DNA from: Callorhinchus milii
Taxonomy: Eukaryota
DNA length: 64,000 bases
Assembly: GCF_018977255.1 (NCBI RefSeq)
Contig: NW_024704743.1
Coordinates: 77,068,001-77,132,000 of the forward strand
Reading direction: 5' to 3'
Shown: positions 11,633 through 24,969 of the stretch, in pieces
How the letters are laid out: every line of letters starts with the position of its first letter
Position numbering within the stretch: the stretch's first letter is position 1
Notes under the pieces: model-generated
Seen by the model: only the letters and a program-made list of their open reading frames with translations
What the model was told of the DNA's origin: nothing
Database searches by the model: none
Position numbers and translations under genes: made by a program

Positions 11633-14600
11633 TCTGAGAATGCCATTCAAAACGTTCCTTTCTTGTCTAAAGTCTTGTATAAAGGGAAGTAATGACTGAT
11701 GTACTTTTAGACTCCCCACGTCTGTAGATTACAAAGTAGAGCTTTTAAAATCAGAAGGTCAACAGGCATCAGTTGATATTATTGGTTCCACAATGGTGTA
11801 AATCTCAAAAGATGATATGGCAACATCAAACACATATCTTATTTTGAAAATGACACCGATTCAAATCACTTTGAACACATTAGCTTGGTCTGAATTAAGG
11901 CTGTTTTATTTCATTGAACAGACAAAGATTTTCAACTCTGCAAATCTCTTTCCAACTTTTCCTTTGGCCGACAGAAGGCATTTCAGGGAGCAGTTTGAAA
12001 TATTTCCTGGCTAATGTTAATGTTTCTGTGAATATGGCAAATCTCATCTGTAATTATTTAGTTAGTATTTGACCCTGGAATAAATTAAAATATATATCTG
12101 ACCCTGTAGGGTCAATTGAAACTTTATTTATTTTCTGTCAACAAACAGTTTCCTTCTGCTGTTTCTTATCTACTGGCTCCTCTTCTCTCCAGCTCCCTGC
12201 TCTCCATTACTTGGAAGCTCTTAATACTGTACAGTCTTCTGTCTGCAAGCCAGGCTGGGACCAGCAGACTTTGCTCCTTCTGTCTCTCTCTCTCTCTCTC
12301 TTTTTCCGATATCAGTTGCCAATTTCTTACAGCAAGTGGGAGGCTGACAGACTCTCACAAGTCTCAGCACTAATTAGAGGAGTTGTCACCCCACAAAATA
12401 ATAGCAGAGGGGGAAAAAAGTAAGCTCAACGAGTGCAGTCTGAGACTCTGCTCAACATCCAGGATAAGCATAGCATGCTGGGCAAATTCAGATAACAGAA
12501 CATATTGCATTAACACATCCAGCAACACCATGCTGTCATGTTCCACTGAACAATTTGACTTTAAATTGTTTAAAGGTGTAATGTCCCACCCCTTTGTCCT
12601 CCAAGATTCCTGGCTTCACTTTTTCCCTCGTCGACTACATTGTGGGTGAAGAATGGGATGTTTCGTGACAAGTTTCTTGTGCTGTGAAATGTGTTGCAAG
12701 ATTCAGGATTGAGGCATATGATAATATTCCCAGTGATATCACACACAGCAATTCTGATATGAAACGGTATCCAAACCAGAATGAGTCCTGTGTCTGGAAT
12801 GAAATGCTCACTCTTTCCTTGGTTGCTTAATTCCAGAGAAGCACAGGTTGGTTAGAGCTATAGCTTAGGGATCTCAGAGAGTGTGTTGGGGTATTGCTGG
12901 AGTTCAACTTGCTAAAGCTATATAGCTTGCCACTGAGAGCACTGGCTGGCAGGCTTCTCACTCTATGTCCAGCTAGGACCATTCTACCCATATAGTAGGT
13001 GATTATTAGCATGACTTTGTGATTATTGATTATTGCGTGATTATTAGCATTAGCTTTGTCTTACAGGATTAACATGAACTGAGTGGGAAAACTCCCAGTT
13101 TCCAGTGACTGGTCTGCCTTTCCAAGTCCTGCTCAATGAAACAGCCTGGCTGTGCTGCCATAAGCAGTGCCCTGGAATACTGCGGATCCGCCTGGCTCAG
13201 GAATCAGACCGAGATTACCTCAGAAGGTTGGTTCAATTCTGATATTCCGTTGCCAGGCATGTCACCTTGCAACCAGCAAGATCCCGCTTATCTCCAGGCA
13301 GTTCGCTGGAGAAGGTGAAACAATGCTTCCTCCTCTTTGCTATGAATGTATTTTGAGTAAATCTTCCATCCCAAGGATTACTTTATGCTTAAACTGTCTG
13401 ATTTGTCAGGCACATACAGTGGAATCTGCCTGTTAACTTAATATGTAAAGATCCTTTTTTTCACTCACTTATAAATGGAAGGATAAGGAACAATTCTGTA
13501 CAAAACACAAATTGAATTTAATGCCCATGTGCTATGACCTTTGACTCCAGGGCCGGTCATTACTAAGCACTCAACCAATTATTCATTTGTTTACTCTGTG
13601 AACAAGTTGCCTCGGTAATGGGTAAAGGGAACAAAACATTACGATATCCATAAATTCACAGAGTTAAGATATTACATTGCAATTTAAATTTATCGGTCCC
13701 CATAGAATGGAAATTATGTCACTCTCTGGGTAGAATGCACTGTGAAGAAATGAACCTAATGCTACTGTGTGGGGCGAATTTTCCAGTGTGGGTGAGCTCC
13801 CACCACCCGCTTCCCCCCCATCCCTTGGGGCTAATAATCACCCACTATATCAGTAGCTGATAGTGGACCCTCCTCAAACTGAGCACAAACTATTTAACTT
13901 TAGTCTGTCTGGCTGGAAGCATGACAGTGTGGCCATCCTGTCTGACTGCTCACAATGCCACAGGAAAATGTTAACTTAAACCTTTAATTCCCCACTGGGA
14001 ATCTTAAGGGTAGTTGCTGGCAGTTGATGTTCTGCTTTCCTCTGTCGTTATCCAGATTCAGATGCATATCTGTGAGGGTAACCGTGGAAAATGTCCCATT
14101 GCCACTTGGAGTGCCAGATAGGCTAGGCTCCTAAAACTCTTTTCCCTTGCTTATCACCTCCTTACTGGCTCCACAGCAGGTTAGTGCCATGGTGCGGGAA
14201 GGAAACTGCTTGTCTCCAGGCCTGGACAGGACCTCATCAACAACTGATAAGGTAGCTTTGACGAGGAGACTGCTCGTGGGTGTCATGCTCTTCAATATCC
14301 CAAATATTTTTCCCCCCTCTCTCTGGCACGAAATGGCATCTCACAGCAGTGAAGAAAGACTTGGCAGAGTTCACTGTAAATTAACTGCTAATCCTCAGCA
14401 ATGCATTGCCTTCAATTGCAGCATGTGTAATCATAGCTTTAACCCTTGGCAATCTCAGTGCCCTTGGAAGCTAGTAAAGTCAACCATTTGCTTTTCATCA
14501 TTTAAAAACTATAATTTCAGTATTAAAGAAGCTTTGTGCCCACAAAAAAACAGTTATTTCTTTCACTTCCAGATACACAATCCAGTTGCATAAACTGTAC

Positions 14601-14934
14601 TGAAATAGATCATTGCTTCACTTGCCTGTGACTGTAAATAAACAATTTTGAAGTTTTAACCATGTTTCATAACAGTTCTTGTCACAATTAGCACAAGGAA
14701 CACGTTATGAAATGCTGCTAATTTCTTCTCATTCGATAATTACTGCCAGGCTATACTCACTTTCCATAACAGCTGTGTCCATCAAATCTGGTCCAATCTG
14801 CCATCATTGAGTGATGAGAGAAAACTCACTTAATTCATGTTGTGAATGTGTGTGACAGAGATTTAGTTCAGGGATTCTCAAGTTCTATCTTTCTACTGAA
14901 ACCACAAAGGGGTGGGGGTGAGGTGCGGATAATG

Positions 14935-15170
14935 ACTTCCCTACTTTTATATTTAATCCCCTTCTTTATGAATGCCAGAACCCCATTTGCATTGTCAAAA
15001 GCTTCTTTACCCTCTGTGTTGCTATTCAGTGATGTATGTTCTTGTATCCCCACATCCTCCTGCTCCACCACTCCATTGATTCTTTCACCCTTCAAACCAT
15101 ACCTCTCCACCCCATTCTTCTTCTCCAGAATGTAGTGCCTCATATTTATTAGCATTAAACTTTATCCTTT
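14935..15170 (-). mobile_element. CR1 LINE ORF2 fragment
   Basis: Translation ...DVGIQEHTSL...ANGVLAFIKKGIKYKSREVI, typical of the CR1 post-RT region. Confidence 0.75.
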
Positions 15171-15174
15171 GCAC

Positions 15175-15522
15175 CCTTGCACCTTCCCACCACTCTAATC
15201 TGCTAACACACCATTCCATTACACTATCTACCGCCGTTGCTCAGCTGGCTCTGATCTTCTGCATGTCCCTTGTCCCTTCCGCTCCACAATTGGCTGCCAT
15301 GTTTCCAGATACTATGCTCTGAATCTCTGGAACTCCCTGCCTCAATCCCTCTATCTTGCCCCCCGTTTGCCCATTTTCAAATCACACCTAAGGATTTCCT
15401 CTTTGACTGTGCCTTCGGACACCTCCACTCTGTGTCCAGCTCAGCATCAAACCACACCACTGTTAAGTGGTCGGAGATATTATCATCGTGAAGGGCTCTA
15501 TATAAACAAGCAAGTTGTTGTT
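15175..15522 (+). mobile_element. Degenerate L2 3' fragment
   Basis: ctctggaactccctgcc motif and tail gaagggctctatataaacaagcaagttgttgttg. Confidence 0.65.
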
Positions 15523-15773
15523 GAATTAATTATCTATTGGTGGCCGTGCTTTCAGCCACTCTGCCCCTCTATCTCGGAAGAGCACCTGCTGGTTCACCAG
15601 TGTAATATTTATCATTCTCGAACCTAATAATCTGTGATTGAGATTCACAAATGAGTGTCTCATTAAGGGATTGTTTTCCCTTTGAGCCTACTGGGTTTAA
15701 ATTGATTCACATAAGATCTTCACAGTCACCAGAAATAAAGAACTTAGTTTCTATCAGTCCAACCTTTGATTGG

Positions 15774-15905
15774 ACAATTGGCTGCCGCGTTCGCCCACAA
15801 ATATACAGTCAATTCACCTTACAGTGTGTTCTGTGAAGCGCTTTGGGACGTCCTCCCGACGTGAAAAGCGCTATATCAAATGCAAGGATTATTAGTATTA
15901 TTATT
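15774..15905 (+). mobile_element. SINE 3' tail fragment (young copy)
   Basis: Near-identical to the reverse complement of 27988-28115; ends in hairpin plus (TTA)n. Confidence 0.8.
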
Positions 15906-16485
15906 GTTGTATCCAGGTCCCTGAGATCAATTACCGGGGAGGTAACCCTCCTGGCCCACTTGTTTACCAATATTTATCATTACAAGATGGTAAAAGACTT
16001 TGGAAGGTGCATATGTGGTCAGGTGAAAATTGGTTCCTTTTAAGATTTATCTTGCCAGTGAATCACAGGTCAATCTGGCAACTGGCTAGACACATCACAA
16101 GCAATCATCAGACCCTTATAAAATGCCCCAGGTATTTGTAAATGTTACTAAATGGTTCATTCACAGGATGAATGGATTGAGGATCAATGCAATTTATGAA
16201 ACATAAACTAACGAGTATCATCAGCCCATTTAACTTACAAGAGCTAGTCTCAGGATAATACAGATCTTGGCAATGTAGTGTGGAAGTGTGTATGGAACAA
16301 ATGGACAAGTTGTAGCAGGTTTAAGGAATGGATTGATTATTGTCTGTGATAAATTGGTCACATCATCATACTAACAACTTGCCAGAGAACCCAACTTCTT
16401 AATCATTTTGATGGAAGGTGAAGTGTAATCCTTTGCTCTTAGTTATGGCAGCATTAAACTCTTTTCTGTACTTGGAGTGTACACG

Positions 16486-17092
16486 TCAACATCAACAACA
16501 AAATTACATTTATATAGCGCCTTTCACGTCAGGATGATGGCCCAAGGCGCTGGACAATCAGTGTTTCGGACACGAAATGGGGGTCGGGATCGGGGCGGGT
16601 GGAGGGCGGGGGGAAGGAGGGTGACCGAAGGCACGGTTGAAGAGGAGGGTCTTGAGACGGGTCTTGAAGAAGGCAAGGGAGAGGGTGAGGAAGAGGGACT
16701 ATGGGATGGAATTCCAGAGAGTGGGGACAGAGAGGCTGAAGGCCCACCTGCCAATGATAGGGTGGGCGAGGTGGGAGACGTGAAGCAGGCGGAGTCCGCT
16801 GAGCGGAGGGAGCGGGCAAGTTGGTAGGGGTTTAGGAGGTTGCAGAGCAAGGCCATAGAGGGCTTTGAAAGTGAGGACCAGGATCTTGATCTGCATCCTT
16901 TATCTGATGGGAACCCAGTGGAGTCGGGCATGGATGGGGGTGAGAGGGACGTGGAGCCTGGTGCAGGAGAGGACACAGGCTTTAGAGTTCTGGATAATCT
17001 GGAGCCTACGGAGGGAGGAGTTGGGGAGCCTGACAAGAAGAGAGTTTGCACAGTCGAGCCTGGATGTTATAAATGTGTGTTTGAGAGTCTCG
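16486..17092 (-). mobile_element. L2 LINE 3' fragment (~600 nt)
   Basis: (CAA) tail; minus-strand peptide IKILVLTFKALYG...GRWAFSLSVPTLWNSIP typical of the L2 ORF2 C-terminus. Confidence 0.88.
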
Positions 17093-17447
17093 GATTGTTG
17101 GTCAGGACACCAGGAGAAATTCCTTCTCTTTTTGAATATTGCCTTGGGATCTTCAAAATCAACCTGAACAGGAAGCTTGATTTAACATATCTAGATGCTG
17201 ATCCGTTAATGCAGGATAAGATGTTTGTGGAGCGGGGGGGGAAATTACATGTGTGAAAGGGAGATGTGGCTGGTTGACTGGCAATCGAGAAGCAAGGGAA
17301 TTAAAGGGTATGAATGTGTGTATGAGAGTGAGAAAGAGAGCTTCTCCTAGTGCTTTGTTGAACAATCTCCCAGATCTCTGCTTTTCAAAGTTTTAGGTAT
17401 TATATCAAATGTAGGAGTTCTTATTACTCTAACATCCTATTTTTAAC

Positions 17448-17810
17448 AAATAATAATAATAATCCTTGCATCTGATACAGAGCCTTATCACATCGTTGAG
17501 ACGTCTCAAAACGCTTCACAAAACTTATTGTAAAGTAGATTGACTGTGTATTTTGTGAGCGAAATGCGGCAGCCAATTGCGCACAGCAGTGTCCCATAAA
17601 AAGTCATGGATTGAGTGACCACATTTTTTTTTGAGGGATTATTACCACCGGAAACAATCCGCCAATCAACTAACAAATGGGTTCCTACTTACTGCTCAGT
17701 AAACAGAAGCGTGTAGAGTAAGGAAACGTGCCTAAGGTTTCGCCCCACTCGGGGTTCAAACTCGGGTTCTTTCTCTTGCGAGTAGTGCGCCAATTACTAC
17801 TCTATGGGAC
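17448..17810 (-). mobile_element. tRNA-derived SINE, second family
   Basis: (TAA)n, shared tail, gtgtagagtaaggaaacgtgcctaagg core as in 28199-28228, degenerate tRNA head. Confidence 0.75.
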
Positions 17811-18744
17811 GTTTTGCTTTGTGAATCCTTTCTGATAGTGAATGATTTGCCAGATTGACTTTATCAATCCCTGAGCCAGATTGAGCCAATATAAGATTTT
17901 CCTATCATTTCAGCAGCTTGTGTTTTTAGCTGCTGTTGTTTCAAAAATATTAATAGTGACCTGTGACCAATTGTTTTCATCTTGTGAAATTGGTGCTTTT
18001 ACATCAGATATAAAGCAAGAAATAATCAATGTAGTGAAAGACTACTACAGAGATGTTTTAGGAAGGGATGGCAGAGTAACTATGTACTAATGTAGATGTA
18101 GATTTATTATAAAAATACAGCCTGCTGAGGAAAACAGGAATTCTCTTACACCCTGTTTTCTAATCAGCTAGTAAAATAAAACACTGGTCATTTTACTTGT
18201 TAGTCAATTTATCAACTAATCATTGCTGTCCTGGTAAGTGTTCCTAATGTCACACAAATCCCAAACAAGTCATACTTCCCCAGTGATCAGTCCCACCACA
18301 GTGTAATCCCAGCATTTATCAGTAAAGAACTGCCTCTGAGAACTGCCCACCCTGGCTTCAGGAACCCCACACAGAACAGGCCTGTGAAAGAGGAAGCCTC
18401 AGCCATCTAAATAGAGAGGTCAAGGTGATGAGCGGGATTAAGAGGGAGACAGTGGTTGACAGATCAGCACTTAACTCCCATTCGTACACCACATCACTAC
18501 ACCCTTTTCCAACCCTGTGACCAGCCTATTAGATAAAATAGGAACATCAGAAGAAGACAGATGGGTACATTTTCTGAGATAATTCTCAGCAGTCACGCTG
18601 CTGGGATACTAAGGCTCCAGTACACGCAGCATGTGACCAAAGAATGGAGATACAATGGTCTTCCAAAATGAGTCTTTGGTTATACTTTGTGGAATAAAAT
18701 GTAATGTGTCCTGGCTAATATTATTATTAGTAATGTTATTATTA

Positions 18745-19030
18745 TTAATAATACTAATACTAACACTTACATTTGACATAGTGCCTTTCATGTCAGGTAG
18801 ATGTCTCAAAGCCCTTCACAAGATTTACTGTAAAGTGAAGTAACTGTGTATTATGAGTAAATGTGGCAAGCCATTTTCTGCACAGCAATGTCCCACAAAC
18901 AGCCATGAATTAAAGGACCAATTGTGGGATTGTTGGTCAAGACACCAGGAGAAATTCCTTCTGTTTTTGAATAATGCCTTGGGATCTTCAAAATCGACCT
19001 GAACAGGAAGCTCGGTTTAACATATCTAGA
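18745..19030 (-). mobile_element. Deu-type SINE, 3' two-thirds
   Basis: Tail plus ttggtcaagacaccaggagaa...ccttgggatctt core. Confidence 0.75.
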
Positions 19031-20944
19031 TACTGACCCGTTAATGTTTGTGGAGCGATGAAGATGTTTGTGGAGCAATGGAGCGGGGGGGAAATTACAT
19101 GTGTAGAAGGGAGATGTGGCTGGCTGGCTGGTAATCAAGAAGTAAGGGAATTAAAGGGTATAAAGAAAAGGCTGGAAATTAGATTAAAATATTCTCCTTT
19201 TTTTAGTTATTACAGTCTATCATGTTCTGATGGTTAAAATAATGATCTTTTCTTTAATTGTTTCAACCTCTCTGTAGGTGATTGCACCCCCAAATACTGC
19301 CAATCTCAATAAATCAATAAATATTGTCTCAGTATCCAGGCATACTTAATTCAAGCTCCAAGAGTCAGGCACAAGACTTAAAATACTTAACACTCCAGAG
19401 TTAACAGAGTCCAGATCTAGGACATCTAGAGTCTATATTATCCAGCAGTTGAAGAGTAAGTGGAGTTGAAAAATAATAGCTGAAAACTCACAAAAATAAA
19501 CCTTTTTCAGAAACTACATTTATTAAAATTAAAATAATGGACTTAACACAATTTTGGGAAAAATAGCTGAATTGGAGGAAATAATCATTTTCCCCTGTAG
19601 TTATAACAATTTCAGCCTTAGACAGCAAGAGAGTTCCAGAATCTGATATGTTTTAAAGAATAAGTATCTTGGACAATATTCTTCCCTCACAATGTGAAGA
19701 TTAATCTCTTTAATGTCTGCGGAATATTGCTGGTAGAAATGTATTTGCTTTCATAACAGGTATCACTGCATTTCAAAGCAACTCATTGGGGTCTACAAAG
19801 CAGCATTCGCAAATAGATTGTGTAAAGCCCAAATTCACACAGTGTGCAAAATTCACAAAATTCCCTCATAGAGCTAGAGCTCAATAAATTGTCCAAGTTA
19901 GTAGCCACAATAATACAAGTAGCACTCAACTTTTAAAGGAAGTCATTTAAAAAATCGACACACGCAGGCAAACATAGAATGTTGAAATCGACTCTAATAC
20001 TTTTGTAAAGGTTCTTTAAAAGGTGTCCCGTAGCGAGACTAGCTTGCTATAATTTCAGAGTCTTTTTGAGGTTAATGGACTTCAGTTACCCACTACCAAA
20101 CCAAGATTTCATACATAAATACGCCTAAAATGTTTCACACTTTTCACACCTAGCAAAGGTGAGAATTGTCCTATCATTAACCCCAGGGATACATTGCTAC
20201 GTGACCGGTCCTATTAATCCTTTAAATCTTTAATGGCTGGTTTGAAATATTCAACAACTCTCTCTTGGCTGATCCTTTACAGGTATTGCTCTCTGCTCTC
20301 ATTTCCTTTCATTTTCATTTCCCCATCAGTCCTTTCTCATTTGACCACCAATTTACTCGCTCTACCAACCTGCACATGACCTTGCTAATAGTAACAGAGA
20401 CTTGTATGGCATCTCCCTCACTCACTCTTAGAGCTATTGCACTGCCTTAGTGAACAGAGGCAGTGACAATCTAAACTGGAAGAGAGTTAACTGCAGTGAA
20501 TGGGTATATGACCAGTACACCTGACGGCAAACCACACTACATTGGTTTTCCATTCTCTGTGCCTTTGGGGCAGTTTTGTGGCCACTTTTGCCACATTCAG
20601 TGGAGTGGACAAACCATACCATAGATCACTGCTGTCGGCAGGAATGTGGAAAAGAGGTTAATGGAACCTCTTTCGCTGGGAGCCTTTTTGCCCTGGTAAA
20701 ATGACTGGGCTACCATTTTGGCAGATATGTGAAGAGAATAACCATGATGTGGAAATGTCACTCCACCAACAATTCTGTCTTGTGTTAAACAGAAACAAAC
20801 ATTGTGAAACATTTAGAACTCATGTTACTCCCCATCTGTAAAGAACACACAAGTCTCAAAATAATATAAATTGAGTCGCGTGGCACCAGGCAAAGAAATA
20901 TAACTCTCACCAAGGGATTCAAGGAATCCTAATGCTAAAAATAA

Positions 20945-21150
20945 ATATGATGATACTTTCATTTGATATACCACCTTTGACGTTGAAAGCACTATACAGG
21001 GCTTCCGTGAAGTGTAGTGACTGTGTATTTGTCAGCAAATGGGGCAGCCAATTTTTGCTTAGCAACGTCCCACAAACAGCCGTGAAGTGAATGACCAATT
21101 TTATTTGGAGGATGGTTGGACAAGACACTGCGGGAAACTCCCTTCTCTTT
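20945..21150 (-). mobile_element. Deu-type SINE 3' fragment
   Basis: gtcccacaaacagccgtgaagtgaatgaccaat motif shared with other copies. Confidence 0.7.
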
Positions 21151-23454
21151 TCGATTATTAAATCTCAAGAGCGCTTTGAACTTAGTTACTCAGCGTGATC
21201 ATGAGAGGCAATGATGGGGGTTGCGTGGGAGAGCTTCATACATTCACCCACTCATATTCCCACTTCCTATTTCTAATATGATTTTTGTATGAAAGGTTAA
21301 TCCAGCCACAGGTCTATTAAAATGCATTTACACACAAAACACAGTCAATACACTTTACAGTATACCCTAAGAACAGCTTTGGGATGTCCTCCTGATGTGA
21401 AAGGCACTGTATACCAAACATAAGGTTTATTATTGTTTACTTTTTGTGCCAGAAACATTCCACTTAGGTCTAGATTTATTCAATTTATATATTATTTATC
21501 TATTCAGCACAGGCACGATCGTCTGAATGACCTTTCTCTGAACCGTAAATTTCAATAGGTCTATGTCGTATTTTAGAGTGTTTGTAATTTAGAAAATTGG
21601 AAATATCCAATTTCATCATTATTCATTTTAGTTCCTTCAAGAACTCAGAAAATTCACTTCAGAGCTAGTACTAAATCCAAGAATATGTCAAATTATGGAT
21701 GCTCTAAAATGTTACGTAAATAACCACCTTCAACCAATAAAACAACTATATTTTTAAAAAAGTTGCTCTTTCTCTCCCTTGAAAATGGAAGGTGGAATAA
21801 TGATACAACCAATACATTTTAAAGGGAAAAAAAGTTGAGACTTTGTAGAACAGGTGGAAGATAAGTGGAAAAATCTTTAGTCATGAATTTTAGTCAACTA
21901 AAATTCAAATTAATAAATGGAATAGAAAAAGAATAGACTAGTCAAGCAAAGATTAAAAAAAACTTTTATTTTGGCTTAAAATTCATTTGAATATTTATTT
22001 TGGTGTGTACTTTAATGTTCACTTCAATATTTATTTTAGTATTTACTTTAGTATTTAATATCTATTGGGTGAGTAGTTGACTGAATGATCACAATGTGAC
22101 TTGCAATTATGGCAACTTCTAAGAGGAGGTATACTAAGCTTACTTTAGTTCACTAATTCAGTCCTGAAGTAATAAATATACTGTTCATATATACCGTGTT
22201 ATGCTTTATGTAGTCCTGAAGTAATAAATATATACTGTTTGTTTGTTATAAATAAAGTTATAAACTAACATCAGTAGAACTTTGAGTAATTGCATACTCA
22301 TACGAACATAAGAATTTGCTCGGTAAAAGAAGACCAAGGTCCATCTAGTTCGCCTTCCATCATCCTGGCAGTTGCTTGACATGTTGTGTCCCAAACTATA
22401 TACTGTATCCCGAGATATTATTTTGTAGCTGAAATCTATCTAATTTGTTCTAATTTGTCCTCCATATAAGTGCATGGCATTTATCCAGTCCTGACTGTAT
22501 GCAGTTATACGGAGCACACTGTAGTTTAGTATCTATTTTACTGTTTATTTTAGCAGGTATTGTTGATGTCACAGAAGTAAAATCATTCCCGATTTTGAGT
22601 AATTCTTAGTGCCTGTTTACCAGTATCACAGTGTGTAAGCTACAAATGTAGAGAAGTGCCACCCCATTCTACACAGAGACAAGAGGATATGCCAACCTAC
22701 TGGTACTCTAAGGGTTAATAAGGGCAGAGAGCACAAACTCAAAAGGATCCCAAAGCTTAAATATATCCTGACTCTCAAAAGGATTGATCTCTGGGAAAAG
22801 TTACATGATGATAAAAGTGAACAATAGTGACAGTAACACAGGTTTATACAAACAGTTGCCGAGATTAACTTCTGCTGTATTCGGAATCAAAGAGTTCTGT
22901 CACATTAGTGCTCGAGAGCATTGAGTGGCCCCTTAAACATCATCTGGCTTTGCTGAACACAAACAGCTGATAAAAGCATTAGTCGAATTCTGCTGCCGTT
23001 ATCTGTTTGGCTGGTAGTTTCACCGTGATCATGCCTCACAACCCAAGTCCCTCAGAAACAAGCAAATGCTGCCTTGAGTTCAGACAGCGATTAATGTCTG
23101 AAGAAATGTTAAACCAGGGGCAGGAGATAGTGGTCTTGAACTGTAAACGGGTTTGAGGTCGTGCTGTGTTCTCAAACAGCTTTTGCACCTCATCCAGCTT
23201 GTCCCACTGCTGTCTGACAGGCTGGTGATAACATCACAGGCTCTTCACCTGCCACCTTCTCCCTACTTTCACTCCCAGAGCTCTGGGGATTAATAAAAGG
23301 CCTTCTTACACTAGCCTGACTGAACTGGGCACTGAAAATAAACAGCTGGGAAAATCCAGTCGCACGACTTCCTCTGTAAACAAGGACTCTCACGGTTGGT
23401 AGGCATACCTTGAGTGTAGCTCATGATCTTATGTACTGCTATTAATACTTCTTA

Positions 23455-23740
23455 TATTAATAATAATCCTTACATTATATATATAGCACCTACATGAGTA
23501 GGATGTCTCAAAATGCTTACAGGACACACTGCAAAGCACAGTGAACTGTATACCCTGTAGATGAATGTGGCTGCCAATTTGCAACACAACAATACCCCAC
23601 AAAAACATTCATGAAGTGAATAAGCAATTTTATTTTGGAGATTGTTGGCCAGAACACTATAAGAAACTCTCTCTCTTTCTGAGTAGTGCCATGCGGATCT
23701 TTAATCTCCACTTGAACAGGCAGACAGGACCTCAGTTTAG
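23455..23740 (-). mobile_element. Deu-type SINE fragment
   Basis: taataatcctt tail; gtgccatgcggatctttaatctccacttgaacaggcagacaggacctcagttta core. Confidence 0.75.
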
Positions 23741-23924
23741 CCTTAGCTTGTCTAACCGTTGCTCATAGCTCATTCCCTTAACACCGGGATCATGCTCGTT
23801 GCTCTCTTCTGTGCTATCTCTAGGGCCTGGGCTTTGTTGCCTCCTTTGAATGGCCAGTTTCTCCCAATTTGGTGTAATCTGAATTTTTTTCTATTTTACA
23901 CTGGGTCTGAGAATCCAGATTTTT

Positions 23925-24050
23925 AATAACAGGAGGGGTCCGAGTATACACCCTGTGGTACTCCGTTTTCTAACTTCCATTTGACCTAGCTCCACTAACA
24001 AAGACCCTCTGGTTCCTTCCCTTCAGCCAATTCTGAATCCATAACCAAGG
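23925..24050 (-). mobile_element. CR1 reverse-transcriptase fragment
   Basis: Minus strand reads WIQNWLKGRNQRV...GVPQG..LGPLL across indels. Confidence 0.7.
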
Positions 24051-24897
24051 CCTGCTATTGATGCCCAGTGACCACAGTTTGCGAAGGGCTCTTTCATTTG
24101 TGAGAGGGGAAGATAGACAGGAGATAGCTAAAGATGTCATCAAATAAACAGTTTTTTGTACAGGATTTCAAAGTAGATAGGGAATGTGTCAAGTGGAAGG
24201 ATATAATAATAATCCTTGCATTTTAGAGAGAGAGTTCTAGAGAATGGGGAAGAATTGACTAAAAACTTGGCCACCAATAGTGCGGTAGAAGGAATATCAA
24301 TTGCACTTTGCTCATCACATGGCAGTGCTAGGCTGGAGAGGATCATTGGGATTATTATTGTCAGATCACTTGTATTAATTTAACACACACGCAATCATAG
24401 GGGAATAAAACAGCTGGTAAAACTCATATCCCATAGGAATCATAATCAACATTTGTAAGAGACCATGAAAAATCAAAGTGAAGGGACAAAATGCACAGTG
24501 TGGGAAGGATACTACCAACATTGAAAGGGTTTGAGTAAAACAAGATAAATTAAGAAGAGCTGGTTAGGTTACGCAAGCCTGAGTTTTAGAAGTGTGTAGT
24601 TTGGGGGAGGGGAGCACTGAGGAGTTCCACAATCTGAGGTTCTAAGAAGGATTAGGAGATGCTTCCATTAGTTTGGATTTCAACACAAGGATACAGAGAG
24701 GAGGAGGAGCAGTATATAAACTGTTTATTTGAATTTCGGAGGAACAAGAGAAGTTCAGAGGGGCAATGATTGTCATACTGTCAATAAGATAAAGGCAAAA
24801 AGCATTACAATAGAGAAAAGAGTCTGGAGGCTGAGAGAAGGATCATGTCTCAGGCAAGCCTCTTCTGATATACTGACCAGAAAGTAGAAGGTGCAGA

Positions 24898-24969
24898 GAG
24901 TATGTGTATATTAAATATATGTTAAGTTTACTGGAGTATGTGTGTATTAAACATATGTTAAGTTTACTG
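24898..24969. repeat. Tandem duplication, 2 x 36 nt
   Basis: gagtatgtgtatattaaatatatgttaagtttactg repeated with 2 mismatches. Confidence 0.9.

Noticed and set aside
22160..22238. Short spaced duplication agtcctgaagtaataaatatactgtt
   Set aside because: Ordinary local duplication in AT-rich DNA with no sign of function
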